From: Planctomycetota bacterium
GTDB lineage: Bacteria > Planctomycetota > PLA2 > JAEUHO01
Reading direction: 5' to 3'
Length of the DNA: 64,000 bases
NCBI GenBank assembly: GCA_050248855.1
Contig: JBFWRP010000002.1
Coordinates: forward strand, 224,001-288,000
The notes under the pieces were generated by a model that did not search any database, was not told the origin of the DNA, and saw only the letters and a list, made by a program, of their open reading frames with translations. Both the position numbers and the translations under genes were made by a program. The first letter of the stretch is position 1. Each line of letters begins with the position of its first letter. Positions 1 to 8,804 of this stretch are shown here, piece by piece.

Positions 1-2192
1 CGCCCCGCGTCCAGCTCGTCGAGCAAGCGCACGAGCCACGCGGCGGCCGCGTCGTCAGGATGACGCTCGCGCAGCGCCGCCAGCGTGGCGCGGGCCTCGT
101 CGCGGCGGTCTTCGCGGACCAGGCGCGTGGCCTCGTCGAAGCGCGCCACACGGTCTTCGGCCGCTGCGTCACCCGGCTCGCCCACGAGCTCGTACACGGG
201 CAGCGGCTTCTCCTGGCCCACGACGACGACGTCGGCGAGGTGCCGCGCCACGATCGCCTCGCGGGCCTCCTGGTACGTGGCATCGCCCAGCAGGCACGTC
301 GTGCCGAAGGCCTTGTTGGCGCCCTCCAGGCGGCTGGCCAGGTTCACGGTGTCGCCGATGCACGTGTAGTCCTGGCGGTCGTTGCTGCCCATGTTGCCCA
401 CCACGGCCGGCCCCGTGTGGATGCCGATGCGGGCGTGGAAGCCTTCGAGGCCGTACCGCGTGGCGTAGGCCTCGATGTCCGGCATGCCGCGCACGACGGC
501 CAGCGCCGTGCGGCAAGCGCGTGCCGCCTGGTCGGACTGCTCCAGCGGGTCGCCCCAGAACGCCATCACCGCATCGCCGATGAACTTGTCGACCACGCCG
601 CCCTCGGCCAGCACGGCGCCAGCGTGCATGGAGAGGTAGCGGTTGAGCAAGTCCACGACCTGGTCGGGCTCCATCCTGCGCGCCATGGTCGTGAACCCGG
701 CCAGGTCGCTGAACAGCAGCGTCAAGCGGCGACGTCGGCCGCCCAGCTTGATCAGCGACGGATCGCGACCGAGCGCCTGGATCACCGACGGCGCGAGATA
801 GCGCCCGAACGTGCCCTTGAGCCACCGGTTGGCCCGCGTGCGCTTGACGAGCGTCACCGCACCGTGGCCGACGGCCGTGAGCAGCACGGCCACGGCCGGC
901 ATCGCGGCCGCGATGACGTGGCCGTTCTCGTGACCCCACCAGGGAAGGGCTTGGCTCACGGCCACCAAGATGCCCGTCGCCACGAGTCCCCGGAGCAGGG
1001 ACGCGTGTCCGGCGAGCAGGAGACCCAGCAGCAAGGCCAATCCAGCGGTGAAGGCGACATCGACGCCGAAGGGAACACGAATCCGTTGCGTGCCCGTGCG
1101 CAGGGCCTTGATGGCATGTGCGTGCAGCTCAGGGCCCTCGATGGTGCCGGCGGCCGTAGGCACGATGTCCTTGATGCCCGCCATGTTGACACCCAAGATC
1201 ACGATGCGCCCCGCGAGGGCTTCACGCGCCTCGGCCGGCGCTTCTCCGCTCGCAGCGGCCTGGGCCCAGTCGATGAGCTGGCGTGCGCTCACCGTGGGGA
1301 ACGGTGAGGTGCCGCCGGGGCGCGCGATCGGTACGTGGTAGGCGCCATCGTGGGCCAAGCGCACATGGCGAGAGCCTGACAACACGCCGTCGGGCGCGCG
1401 TCGCAAGGTCGCGCCGTCCGCTGCCGCGACCGCCGCCAGCGCCAGCGAGGGCACCACGCGCTCCCGCCAGAGCGCCAACGCGTGCAGGCGCCGCAGGACG
1501 CCATCCTCGTCTGCGTCGATGTTGGGGAAGCCGAACGCTCCGGCGCCCTCACCCACGCGAAGCACGGGAAGGCGGGCGAAGGGACGGGCGTACGCGTCGG
1601 GCGCCACGGGGCCAGCGAGGTCCGGCAGCTTGGCGACGACCGCCTCGCGCCGCGCAGGCGCCTCGTAGCCGTTGTCGGCCTGCGCGAGCTCCATGGCGAC
1701 GACGCATCGTGGCCCGAGTGCGGCCAGGGCGTCGCGGTAGGGGTCGGCCTCCATCTGCGCGATCTCGAGCGACTTGACGAGCGTCTCGCGTTCGCCGGGA
1801 GCGATGCCATCGAAGGAGCCAGCGCGGACGTCCTCGGGTCCGGCCCCGCGGTCCAAGTGCAGGATGTCCACGACCAAGGCCGCGGCCCCTGCCTTGCGCA
1901 CGGCATCGACCAGGTAGACGTTGACGTCGAGCGGCCAGGGCCAGGAGATGCCGTGGGCGGCACGCAGGCTCTCGACGTCGGCGTCACCGATCTGCACGAG
2001 GACGATGTCCTCGGCGCCGGCCGTCGAAGCGCGCACGAGGTGACGATCGAGGATGGCGCGCTCCAGGGCACGCCCCGGCCCCGTGCGCGACAGGCCGACC
2101 GCCAGCAGCGTGGCGGCGGCGCCCAACAGCAGGCCCGTCCTGACGCGGCGCCCGAGGCTCGCGTCTTCGAGGGGGGAGTCGCCGCGGGTCAA
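1..2192 (-). CDS. CHASE2-domain class III adenylate cyclase (3' end runs off the window)
   Basis: Manual translation of the minus frame antisense to ORFs 60..1307 and 1482..2294. It shows an N-terminal TM, CHASE2-like WPWP and DADEDGVLRR motifs, TM helices, then LFSDLAGFT, VDKFIGDAVMAFWG, RIGIHTG and DYTCIGDTVNLASRLEG. The TTG start is approximate. Confidence 0.88.
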   Translation of the reverse strand, partial: MTRGDSPLEDASLGRRVRTGLLLGAAATLLAVGLSRTGPGRALERAILDRHLVRASTAGAEDIVLVQIGDADVESLRAAHGISWPWPLDVNVYLVDAVRKAGAAALVVDILHLDRGAGPEDVRAGSFDGIAPGERETLVKSLEIAQMEADPYRDALAALGPRCVVAMELAQADNGYEAPARREAVVAKLPDLAGPVAPDAYARPFARLPVLRVGEGAGAFGFPNIDADEDGVLRRLHALALWRERVVPSLALAAVAAADGATLRRAPDGVLSGSRHVRLAHDGAYHVPIARPGGTSPFPTVSARQLIDWAQAAASGEAPAEAREALAGRIVILGVNMAGIKDIVPTAAGTIEGPELHAHAIKALRTGTQRIRVPFGVDVAFTAGLALLLGLLLAGHASLLRGLVATGILVAVSQALPWWGHENGHVIAAAMPAVAVLLTAVGHGAVTLVKRTRANRWLKGTFGRYLAPSVIQALGRDPSLIKLGGRRRRLTLLFSDLAGFTTMARRMEPDQVVDLLNRYLSMHAGAVLAEGGVVDKFIGDAVMAFWGDPLEQSDQAARACRTALAVVRGMPDIEAYATRYGLEGFHARIGIHTGPAVVGNMGSNDRQDYTCIGDTVNLASRLEGANKAFGTTCLLGDATYQEAREAIVARHLADVVVVGQEKPLPVYELVGEPGDAAAEDRVARFDEATRLVREDRRDEARATLAALRERHPDDAAAAWLVRLLDELDAG

Positions 2193-2237
2193 GCCCGAGG
2201 CTGCCAGGGACAGGTCCCGCCGGGGGCCAAGCGACGC

Positions 2238-3728
2238 CTAGCGGGGAACGGCCGGAGCGCGACGCATCCATGTGGCGAAGCGCTCGTCGCGTAGCGCGCG
2301 CGCCTCCGCGGGGACGCGGAACTGCGCGACCTGGGCGAGGGCGCGCGACAGGTGGCCGGCGCGGGCGGTCGGCGAGTCGTGCGTATGGCTACCGTGACCG
2401 CCGTGCGTGCCCTGGTTGCGCGCCAAGAGACCCTGCAGCGCCGTCGGCTCGTACATCACGTCGGCGAGCAGGAAGGTGCCCTCCATGTCGGCCTCCAGCT
2501 CGAGGTTCTTGCCGTAGCTGGCCTCCATCGCGTTGCGCGCGGCCTCGCCGGCAGCCTTGTCGAACATGTCGAGCAGCGGGCCCAACGCGCGCTCGTCGTC
2601 GAGCCCGAAGCCCGCAGCCGCCGTGCGACCGAACATCTGCAGCTGGGCCTGGAAGGTCTTGCTCTCGCGCAGCGTCTTCTCGCCGTGCTGGCGCGTGACG
2701 TGAGCCAGCTCATGGCAGAGCACGGCGGCCAGCTCGTCTTCGCTGGCGCAGGCCTCGACGGCGCCGCGCGTGATCAGGACGAAGCCGCCGGGTCCGCTGA
2801 TGGCGTTGACGGCATCGCTGTCGAGGACCTCGAAGTGGTAGCCCCCGCGGTTGGCCGGAACCCGCGTGGAGGCGCGGATGACCGCTTCGCCGATCAAGCG
2901 GACGTACTGGCGACGCTGGGCATCGGGATCCACGCCAAACCGCGCGATGGCCGTGGCCGCGACCGCACGGCCCAGGTAGTACTCCTGATCCGGCGTGAAC
3001 TTCTTGGACATCTCTTCGTGATAGGCGCCGAGCTCCCCGACGAAGGTCTCGGCGGCATCCAGGACGTTGTCATCGATGTCGCCGCCGATCTTGTCGCGCA
3101 GGAAGTCGCCAAGCGCCCCGCCGACCTTCTTGCGGACCCTGTCGCGCTTGCGCTCCCGCGCCTTCGGGCGCGGCGACGGCGGAAGGCGGGCCGGTCGGGC
3201 CCAGTCGGTGCCGCGACGTCCGAGGCGTCCCTCGATGATGAACGCAATGGCATCCGCCGGTTCGAGCGCGGCGGTCTCCTGCTCCAGGGCGTCGACCATC
3301 CGATACGCCGACTCGAGGTCGGTATGGCGCCGGCGGTAGCCGCGCTCCACGTCCGCATCGAACTGGCGTCCGACAGCGCTCACGTCCCGCTGGTTGACGC
3401 CCCCGCCGCCTTGCGCCGCGAGCGGCGGGGCGTTGCCGCCGAGCGCGGCGGGCTCGATCGTGTCGAGCGCCATCAGCCAGCCCTGGCCCCCAGGCGCCTG
3501 CACGCGCAGCCACGGCAGGCGCACTTCGAGCACCTGCACGTTGCTGCCCACGGGCAGCGTGGCGACGAGCGCGCTGAGGCTGCCGGGCGCCTGGCGCAGC
3601 GCCGTGCCCTGCTTGTTCCACGTGCGGCGCGTCTGGCCGACTTGGGCGTCGACGGGGGCGGCGGCGGCGGGGAGCGCCGCGAGGCCCGTGAGCAGGGCGA
3701 GAGCGAGGGCCAGGGATCGTGCGCGCAT
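2238..3728 (-). CDS. Secreted SH3-like domain + M48 family metallopeptidase fusion
   Basis: Signal peptide MRARSLALALALL...AAAA, an SH3b-like segment (LRQAPG...WLRVQAPGGQGW), then NAISGPGGFVLITRG, ELAAVLCHELAHV (HExxH) and ELEAD. C-terminal part of ORF 2238..4859. Confidence 0.85.
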   Translation of the reverse strand: MRARSLALALALLTGLAALPAAAAPVDAQVGQTRRTWNKQGTALRQAPGSLSALVATLPVGSNVQVLEVRLPWLRVQAPGGQGWLMALDTIEPAALGGNAPPLAAQGGGGVNQRDVSAVGRQFDADVERGYRRRHTDLESAYRMVDALEQETAALEPADAIAFIIEGRLGRRGTDWARPARLPPSPRPKARERKRDRVRKKVGGALGDFLRDKIGGDIDDNVLDAAETFVGELGAYHEEMSKKFTPDQEYYLGRAVAATAIARFGVDPDAQRRQYVRLIGEAVIRASTRVPANRGGYHFEVLDSDAVNAISGPGGFVLITRGAVEACASEDELAAVLCHELAHVTRQHGEKTLRESKTFQAQLQMFGRTAAAGFGLDDERALGPLLDMFDKAAGEAARNAMEASYGKNLELEADMEGTFLLADVMYEPTALQGLLARNQGTHGGHGSHTHDSPTARAGHLSRALAQVAQFRVPAEARALRDERFATWMRRAPAVPR

Positions 3729-3875
3729 GGGAGGGCTCCGGTGCCGGGAGGGGCCGGGTGAGGCACCAGGGTACCCGTGCTCGGCGCGAGGGTTGCGCTC
3801 CAGGGCGGGGGGTCGCGCGCAGGCCCGGAACACCGGCGCAGAGCGGTAAAGTGCATACACGGCAAGGAGGCTGAC

Positions 3876-4832
3876 ATGAGGACCGAGATGCGCTTTCGCT
3901 CGTTGGGCCATTGTGGGACGAAAGTCAGCGAGTACGGCCTCGGCGGGTGGACCACCTTCGGCGGGTCCATCCCCGACGAGGACGAGACGCGAGGGATCCT
4001 GCACGCGGCGTTCGATGCCGGCGTCAACTTCTTCGATATCGCCGACGTCTACGCGCGGGGCGCGGCCGAGCGCGTCATGGGCAAGGCCCTGGGGCAGCTG
4101 CCGCGCCACGAGCTGGTGATCAGCTCCAAGCTGTTCTGGCCCATGAGCGACGACGTCAACGACCGCGGTCTCTCGCGCAAGCACATCATGGAGTCCGTCG
4201 ATGCGAGCTTGAAGCGCATCGGCACGGACTACCTGGACATCTACTTCTGCCACCGCTACGACCCCGAGACGCCGCTCGAGGAGACCGTGCGGGCGATGGA
4301 TGACCTGGTGCGGAGAGGCAAGGTCCTCTACTGGGGGACCAGCGAGTGGACCGGGGGCCAGATGCGCGAGGCGCACGCGCTGGCCCGCCAGCACCTGGCC
4401 TACGGGCCGCAGGTGGAGCAGCCGCAGTACAGCCTCTTGGTGCGCGACAAGGTCGAGGGGGACGTGCGGCCCGCGGCGCACGACCTCGGCATGGGCTTGG
4501 TCGTGTGGAGCCCCCTGGCCTCGGGCCTCCTCACCGGCAAGTACGACGACGGCGTTCCGGAGGGGTCGCGCCTCGCCCGCATCGACTGGCTCCGCGAGCA
4601 GCTGCTGCATGACGAGCGCGTCGAGAAGGTGCGCGCCATGAAGGCCGTGGCCGACGACCTCGGCGCAAGCCGCACCCAGCTGGCCCTGGCCTGGGTCGCC
4701 GCCCAGCCCGGCATCAGCAGCGTCATCCTCGGCGCCACGTCCGTCGACCAGCTTGCCGAGAACCTCGGTGCCCTGAAGGTCGACATCGACGACAGCACCT
4801 CGGCCCGCCTCCACGACATCTTCACGCCCTGA
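3876..4832 (+). CDS. Aldo/keto reductase (Kv-beta/AKR6-like)
   Basis: GLGGWTTFG, FDIADVY, GLSRKHIMES, YWGTSEW, WSPLASGLLTGKY; AAGGAGG RBS at 3864-3870. Confidence 0.93.
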   Translation: MRTEMRFRSLGHCGTKVSEYGLGGWTTFGGSIPDEDETRGILHAAFDAGVNFFDIADVYARGAAERVMGKALGQLPRHELVISSKLFWPMSDDVNDRGLSRKHIMESVDASLKRIGTDYLDIYFCHRYDPETPLEETVRAMDDLVRRGKVLYWGTSEWTGGQMREAHALARQHLAYGPQVEQPQYSLLVRDKVEGDVRPAAHDLGMGLVVWSPLASGLLTGKYDDGVPEGSRLARIDWLREQLLHDERVEKVRAMKAVADDLGASRTQLALAWVAAQPGISSVILGATSVDQLAENLGALKVDIDDSTSARLHDIFTP

Positions 4833-4949
4833 GTCGCGGGGCTCGCGACGGCCGCACACCGGGGGTCAGCTTCCTGTCTTCCGAGGTCCCCGTGGCTCGA
4901 GGTCCGTGGGTCAGGCGGTGGACTGTCGTTCGCGGTTCCCGTAGATCGC

Positions 4950-5043
4950 GTACGGAGCCCGGTGAGATTCCAACTTCACGCCGGGACATGCACCGAGGTG
5001 TCCGAGCCGCAGGCAGCGTGAAGTAGGAATCTCACCCGGCTCC
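4950..5043. repeat. GTAC-GGAG palindromic element, copy C (arm subtype B, degenerate right end)
   Basis: gtacggagcccggtgagattccaacttcacgc ... gcgtgaagtaggaatctcacccggctcc. The 90-bp GGAG..CTCC core has arms similar to 54629-54726. Confidence 0.8.
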
Positions 5044-5102
5044 TCCGCGACCCCACGCCCCGCCAGCCGCGATCGCCGCTGGGCTCAGGCACCGTCCGCG
5101 CG

Positions 5103-5216
5103 GCATCGGGTCGCCAGGGCGACGGTAGCGCGCCGCCATCGGCGACGACTCGTGGTCTGTTCACTCGAGGAGCCGATGGCGGTGCGGGACCGAGCATCTG
5201 GCGAGCCGTTCGTACG
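5103..5216. repeat. ~115-bp dispersed repeat ending in TTCGTAC (copy 1)
   Basis: Near-identical to 14736-14853 (shared catcggcgacgactcgtggtctgttcactcgaggagccgatg). Confidence 0.9.
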
Positions 5217-5245
5217 ACGGCACAGGCGGCTCGCGAATCCCACCA

Positions 5246-7021
5246 CTACCAGGCGCCGCCGCCGCCGCCGCCGAACCCCCCGCCCGAGAAGCCACCACCG
5301 CCGAAGCCGCTACCGCCGCTCCAGGTGCCACTGCCCCAGCTGCTGCCCCAGCCGCCGGGCGAGGACTTGCTCGTGGAGACGCGGGAGGGCGGCATGCTGC
5401 CGACGTGCACGCTGCGGTCCATCCAGCCGAGGCCGTCCCACCAGATCGGGGCTCCGGCGCCCTCCTGGTACCAGGCAGGCTTGTAGTGGAACAGCTCGTC
5501 CAGACGCTGCGCCCACCGCTCGTGCACGCCGAAGGCGACGGCGAAGGGCAGCAGGCCCTCGAGCACCTCAAGTGGCATGTGGCGCATGCGCTCGCGCTCG
5601 GCGGTCACGAGGTAGTCCTCGAGACCGCGCAAGCGAGCCAGCATGTCGAGTCCCTTCTTCGTCCGCCGCGGCATGAGGCGGCTCAACAGGAACATCGGCA
5701 CGGCCGCGAGGGCCATGGCCACGTAGTGGATGGGGCGCGCCTCGGTCAGGAAGCCCAACACGCCGAGGCCCACGAGCACGAAGAAGGCCAGCGTCATCCA
5801 CCCACCGGCCACGTGATCGGGACGACGCGGGTAGAGACCCTTGCCGACCAAACGGTCGAGCACGCGGCTCCGGAGATTCGGCACGCGCTTGGGCAGGTCG
5901 CGCTCGAGCTCCTTCATGGTGATCGTGTCCTCGGTGCCGAACACTTCCTGCAGCAGGTCCCGCTCCCACTTGATGAGGTTCGCGCTCTCGAACGCCTGGC
6001 GGTCCAGATGGAAGCTCATGGCCTCGCGCTTCGCGGCGCCGTCCAGCTTGATGAGGCCGCGCACGGCGAAGTCCACGAACGCGGCACTCAAGTCGCGGGG
6101 GTCGACGCGGTCGTCGAGCAGCGCGCCCGCCTCCGTGGGGGGGAGGTCTTCGGGCCGGGCGAACTCGGCCACGATGGCGCGGTTCAGCGGGTCCCGACCC
6201 CGGAACCACCACAGCAAGAACCAGACGAGCGCCGCGGCGCCGACCAACAGCACGGTCCAGTTGGCCCGGAGCAGCCACAGGGCGCGCGCGAAGGATCCCG
6301 GCAGATGCACGTGGCCCGGGGGGAACGCCACGCTGATCGTGAGGCCCTCGTTGGGCAGGAGGCGGCGCGTGGTGCGGAAGACGATGGCGCCGTCGTCCTC
6401 GGTGGTAGTCGTGTAGTCCACGGAGCGACCGCCGTAGAGGCCCGTGAATGCACTCGGATGCAGGTCCTTCGCCGCCAGCGAGTCCGGCAGCCGGACCCTC
6501 ACCTCGGCGACGGCGATCGGTACCTCCCAGGCGTTGCCCGTGACGTTCCAGTAGACCTCGTCGTAGATGGCGAACTCGGCGTCCTTGGACGCGTGGCTGC
6601 GCACGGCGTTCTCCACCGTGTAGCGGAGCACGATCGTCTTGGTGGTGTTGAAGGCGCCGGGAATCGGGACGCGGAAGCGGAGCTTGCCGGCGCGTGAGTC
6701 CGTCGTGAAGTCGAGAGGTGCGCCACCGTTGTCGGTGATCGACTCGGCGTCGATGTCGATGAGGCCGCGGTACCACCAGGACGGGTTCACGCCGTAGGGG
6801 ATGATCCGGTAGACGCCTCCGAACTGGCCTTCGAAGCGGAACGTGATCCGTTCCGTGACGTGCATCGTGCCGTCTTCGTCCACGACGATCTCGGCGCTGA
6901 ACCGCTCCACGTCGTAGCGCCGGGCCCAGGCGTCGCGGGCCATGGCGCTGCCCAGGACGAGCAGCAGCGCGAACGAAGCGAGGATGCGCATCCCGGGCCT
7001 CCCCACGACCAGGTGGCGCAT
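5246..7021 (-). CDS. DUF2207 family membrane protein
   Basis: Signal peptide, VTERITFRF, YWNVTGNAWEVPI, TM helices, LPFAVAFGV and a Gly-rich tail GGGFSGGGFGGGGGGAW; TGATG coupling to lemA. Confidence 0.88.
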   Translation of the reverse strand: MRHLVVGRPGMRILASFALLLVLGSAMARDAWARRYDVERFSAEIVVDEDGTMHVTERITFRFEGQFGGVYRIIPYGVNPSWWYRGLIDIDAESITDNGGAPLDFTTDSRAGKLRFRVPIPGAFNTTKTIVLRYTVENAVRSHASKDAEFAIYDEVYWNVTGNAWEVPIAVAEVRVRLPDSLAAKDLHPSAFTGLYGGRSVDYTTTTEDDGAIVFRTTRRLLPNEGLTISVAFPPGHVHLPGSFARALWLLRANWTVLLVGAAALVWFLLWWFRGRDPLNRAIVAEFARPEDLPPTEAGALLDDRVDPRDLSAAFVDFAVRGLIKLDGAAKREAMSFHLDRQAFESANLIKWERDLLQEVFGTEDTITMKELERDLPKRVPNLRSRVLDRLVGKGLYPRRPDHVAGGWMTLAFFVLVGLGVLGFLTEARPIHYVAMALAAVPMFLLSRLMPRRTKKGLDMLARLRGLEDYLVTAERERMRHMPLEVLEGLLPFAVAFGVHERWAQRLDELFHYKPAWYQEGAGAPIWWDGLGWMDRSVHVGSMPPSRVSTSKSSPGGWGSSWGSGTWSGGSGFGGGGFSGGGFGGGGGGAW

Positions 7022-7599
7022 CACGCGCCGTCGGCGTCCGGGCGGTCGCCGAGGTCGATGTCGGGGACGACGCGTTCGCCCGCGCCGTCCAGCTGGAAGA
7101 AAGGCTCCTCGCGGTGTCCGAACCACGAGGCCACGAGCAGGGCCGGGAAGGTCGACTGCGCCGTGTTGTAGTCGCGCACCGTGCCGTTGTAGTAGCGCCG
7201 TGCGTACTGGAGGTCGTCCTCGATCTTCACGAGGTCCTGCTGCAGCGAGCGGAACGAGCGGTCGGCCTTGAGATCCGGGTACGACTCGGCGAGCAGCATG
7301 AGCTTGCGGACCGCGCCGCCGAGCGCCGTCTCGCGGGCCTCCTTGTCGGGGATCTGCGATGCGGCCTGCGCGTCCCGCCGGGCAGCGACCACGTCTTCGA
7401 GCGTCTGCTTCTCGTGCTGCGCGTAGCCCTTGACCGTGTCGACGAGGTTGGGCACCAGGTCGTGACGGCGCTTGAGCTGGACGTCCACGCCGGAGAACGA
7501 CTCCCGGACGCGGTTGCGCAGGCGCACGAGCCGGTTGAAGACGAGCAGGAGCCCCAGGAGGAGCACACCCGCGGCGATTCCGAGGACGATCGGCAGCAT
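7021..7599 (-). CDS. lemA: LemA family protein
   Basis: N-terminal TM, FNRLVRLRN, VDVQLKRRHDLVPNLV, AESYPDLKAD, ARRYYNGTVRDYN. Confidence 0.95.
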   Translation of the reverse strand: MLPIVLGIAAGVLLLGLLLVFNRLVRLRNRVRESFSGVDVQLKRRHDLVPNLVDTVKGYAQHEKQTLEDVVAARRDAQAASQIPDKEARETALGGAVRKLMLLAESYPDLKADRSFRSLQQDLVKIEDDLQYARRYYNGTVRDYNTAQSTFPALLVASWFGHREEPFFQLDGAGERVVPDIDLGDRPDADGA

Positions 7600-7655
7600 G
7601 GCGGCAGGGTACCCGGTCGGCACGCCCGAGGTCGCTCCTGACGTAGCCTGGGCGC

Positions 7656-8639
7656 ATGCGTGCCGTCCTGGTTTGCCGCTGCTTCTCGCTCGTCGTGCTC
7701 GCCTTCACGGCGGCCCTGCTGGAGGCGCCGATCGCACGCGCCGCGGAGGCGGGCGACCCCGTCGCAGCGGCCGAGGCGTTCCTGGCCGCGTTGGACGCCC
7801 CGCGTCGGAGCGTGGCGCACCTGCGGTTCGGTGCACCCGAGCGGTTCGCGTGGGAGTACCGGCCCGGGTACCGTGCGGGCCTGCCGCTCGGACGCATGAC
7901 GCCCGCGCAGCGCGCGGCCGCCGAAGCCCTGTGGCGGAGCGGCCTGGGCGCCGAGGGCATGCGTCGCATCGGTGCCGTGCTCTTGCGCGAGCGGATCCTG
8001 CAAGCTGGCGTGTCGGCTTCGGCTCGGCAGCGTGGATGGCGGGATCCGGGCCTCTACCACCTCGCCGTGTTCGGCACGCCCGGCGCCGAGGAGCGGTGGT
8101 CCTGGCGCCTTGACGGCCATCACCTGTCGGTGCATCTCACGTACGTGGGCTCGCAGCTGGTGGGCGCCTCGCCGGCGTTCCTGGGCGGCAACCCGGCCTC
8201 GACGCGCGAGGACGGCGGGCATGTCGCGCGCGCCACGCTTGGCGCCTGGCGCGCTTTGTACGCCTCGCTGGACGAACGCCAGCGCGCCGCCGTGTACGCG
8301 GGCGCGCGGATCCCCGGCGACATCGTGATGCAGCCGGGCGCACGTCGTGCGGGTCCGCCGGCCTCGGGCCTTGACGCCGCGGCGTTGGACGATCGCCAGC
8401 AGGCGCTGCTGCTGGCCCTGGTGGCCACCTATGCCGTGGGAGCGCGCGACGGCGAGCCCGGGCTTCCCCGCACGGCGGCCGAGCTGGTGGGCGTGCGCCT
8501 TCGCGTGCGCGGCGACCCGCAGGCCGTGCGCGCCCACCACCTCGAGATCGCCGGCCCCCGCTTCGCGGCCGAGCACCGCGATCCCGGCGACCACGTGCAC
8601 CTCCTCTGGCGCACCGAGCTCGACCATGGCGGGCGATGA
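7656..8639 (+). CDS. DUF3500-like secreted protein
   Basis: Signal peptide; AAEAFLAAL, YHLAVFGTP, WSWRLDGHHLSVH, PAFLGGNP and C-terminal HVHLLWR...DHG. Confidence 0.75.
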   Translation: MRAVLVCRCFSLVVLAFTAALLEAPIARAAEAGDPVAAAEAFLAALDAPRRSVAHLRFGAPERFAWEYRPGYRAGLPLGRMTPAQRAAAEALWRSGLGAEGMRRIGAVLLRERILQAGVSASARQRGWRDPGLYHLAVFGTPGAEERWSWRLDGHHLSVHLTYVGSQLVGASPAFLGGNPASTREDGGHVARATLGAWRALYASLDERQRAAVYAGARIPGDIVMQPGARRAGPPASGLDAAALDDRQQALLLALVATYAVGARDGEPGLPRTAAELVGVRLRVRGDPQAVRAHHLEIAGPRFAAEHRDPGDHVHLLWRTELDHGGR

Positions 8640-8660
8640 ATCCCCTGCGTGGCAAGGGAT

Positions 8661-8795
8661 CTGCGATGGAGGGTGCCTGGGCTCCGCGCTCGAAGGGGAT
8701 AGCCACTCTTCCCTCGGAGGGCGTGCCGCAGGCCTCGAGACGCGGTACGGGCTTCGTCGCCGGCATGACGAACTGACACATCCGGGGTCGCGAGG
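8661..8795. repeat. ~120-bp intergenic repeat carrying an empty GTAC site (8745-8748)
   Basis: Reverse-complement homologue of 44862-45074 without the 44893-44990 insertion. The tail acacatccggggtcgcgaggcg is shared with ~38076-38097. Confidence 0.8.
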
Positions 8796-8804
8796 CGCCC
8801 GTCG

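Noticed and set aside
2192..2240. Stop-codon readthrough fusing the M48 gene to the in-frame cyclase
   Set aside because: A shared frame has a one-in-three chance, the cyclase has its own plausible start and N-terminal TM, and no recoding signal was seen.
60..2294. Long + strand ORFs 60..1307 and 1482..2294 (and similar ones such as 12212..14761, 32371..34845, 44862..47555, 61252..63702)
   Set aside because: Antisense or off-frame shadows of real genes, typical of very high GC DNA; no recognisable motifs.
2238..4859. 873-aa ORF as a single protein
   Set aside because: The N-terminal part is antisense to the aldo/keto reductase; the real gene starts at the signal peptide at 3728.
5152..5216. 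Repeated short peptide VVCSLEEPM(A/L)VRDR as a small gene
   Set aside because: Explained by the non-coding 115-bp repeat; no consistent start/stop between the two copies.
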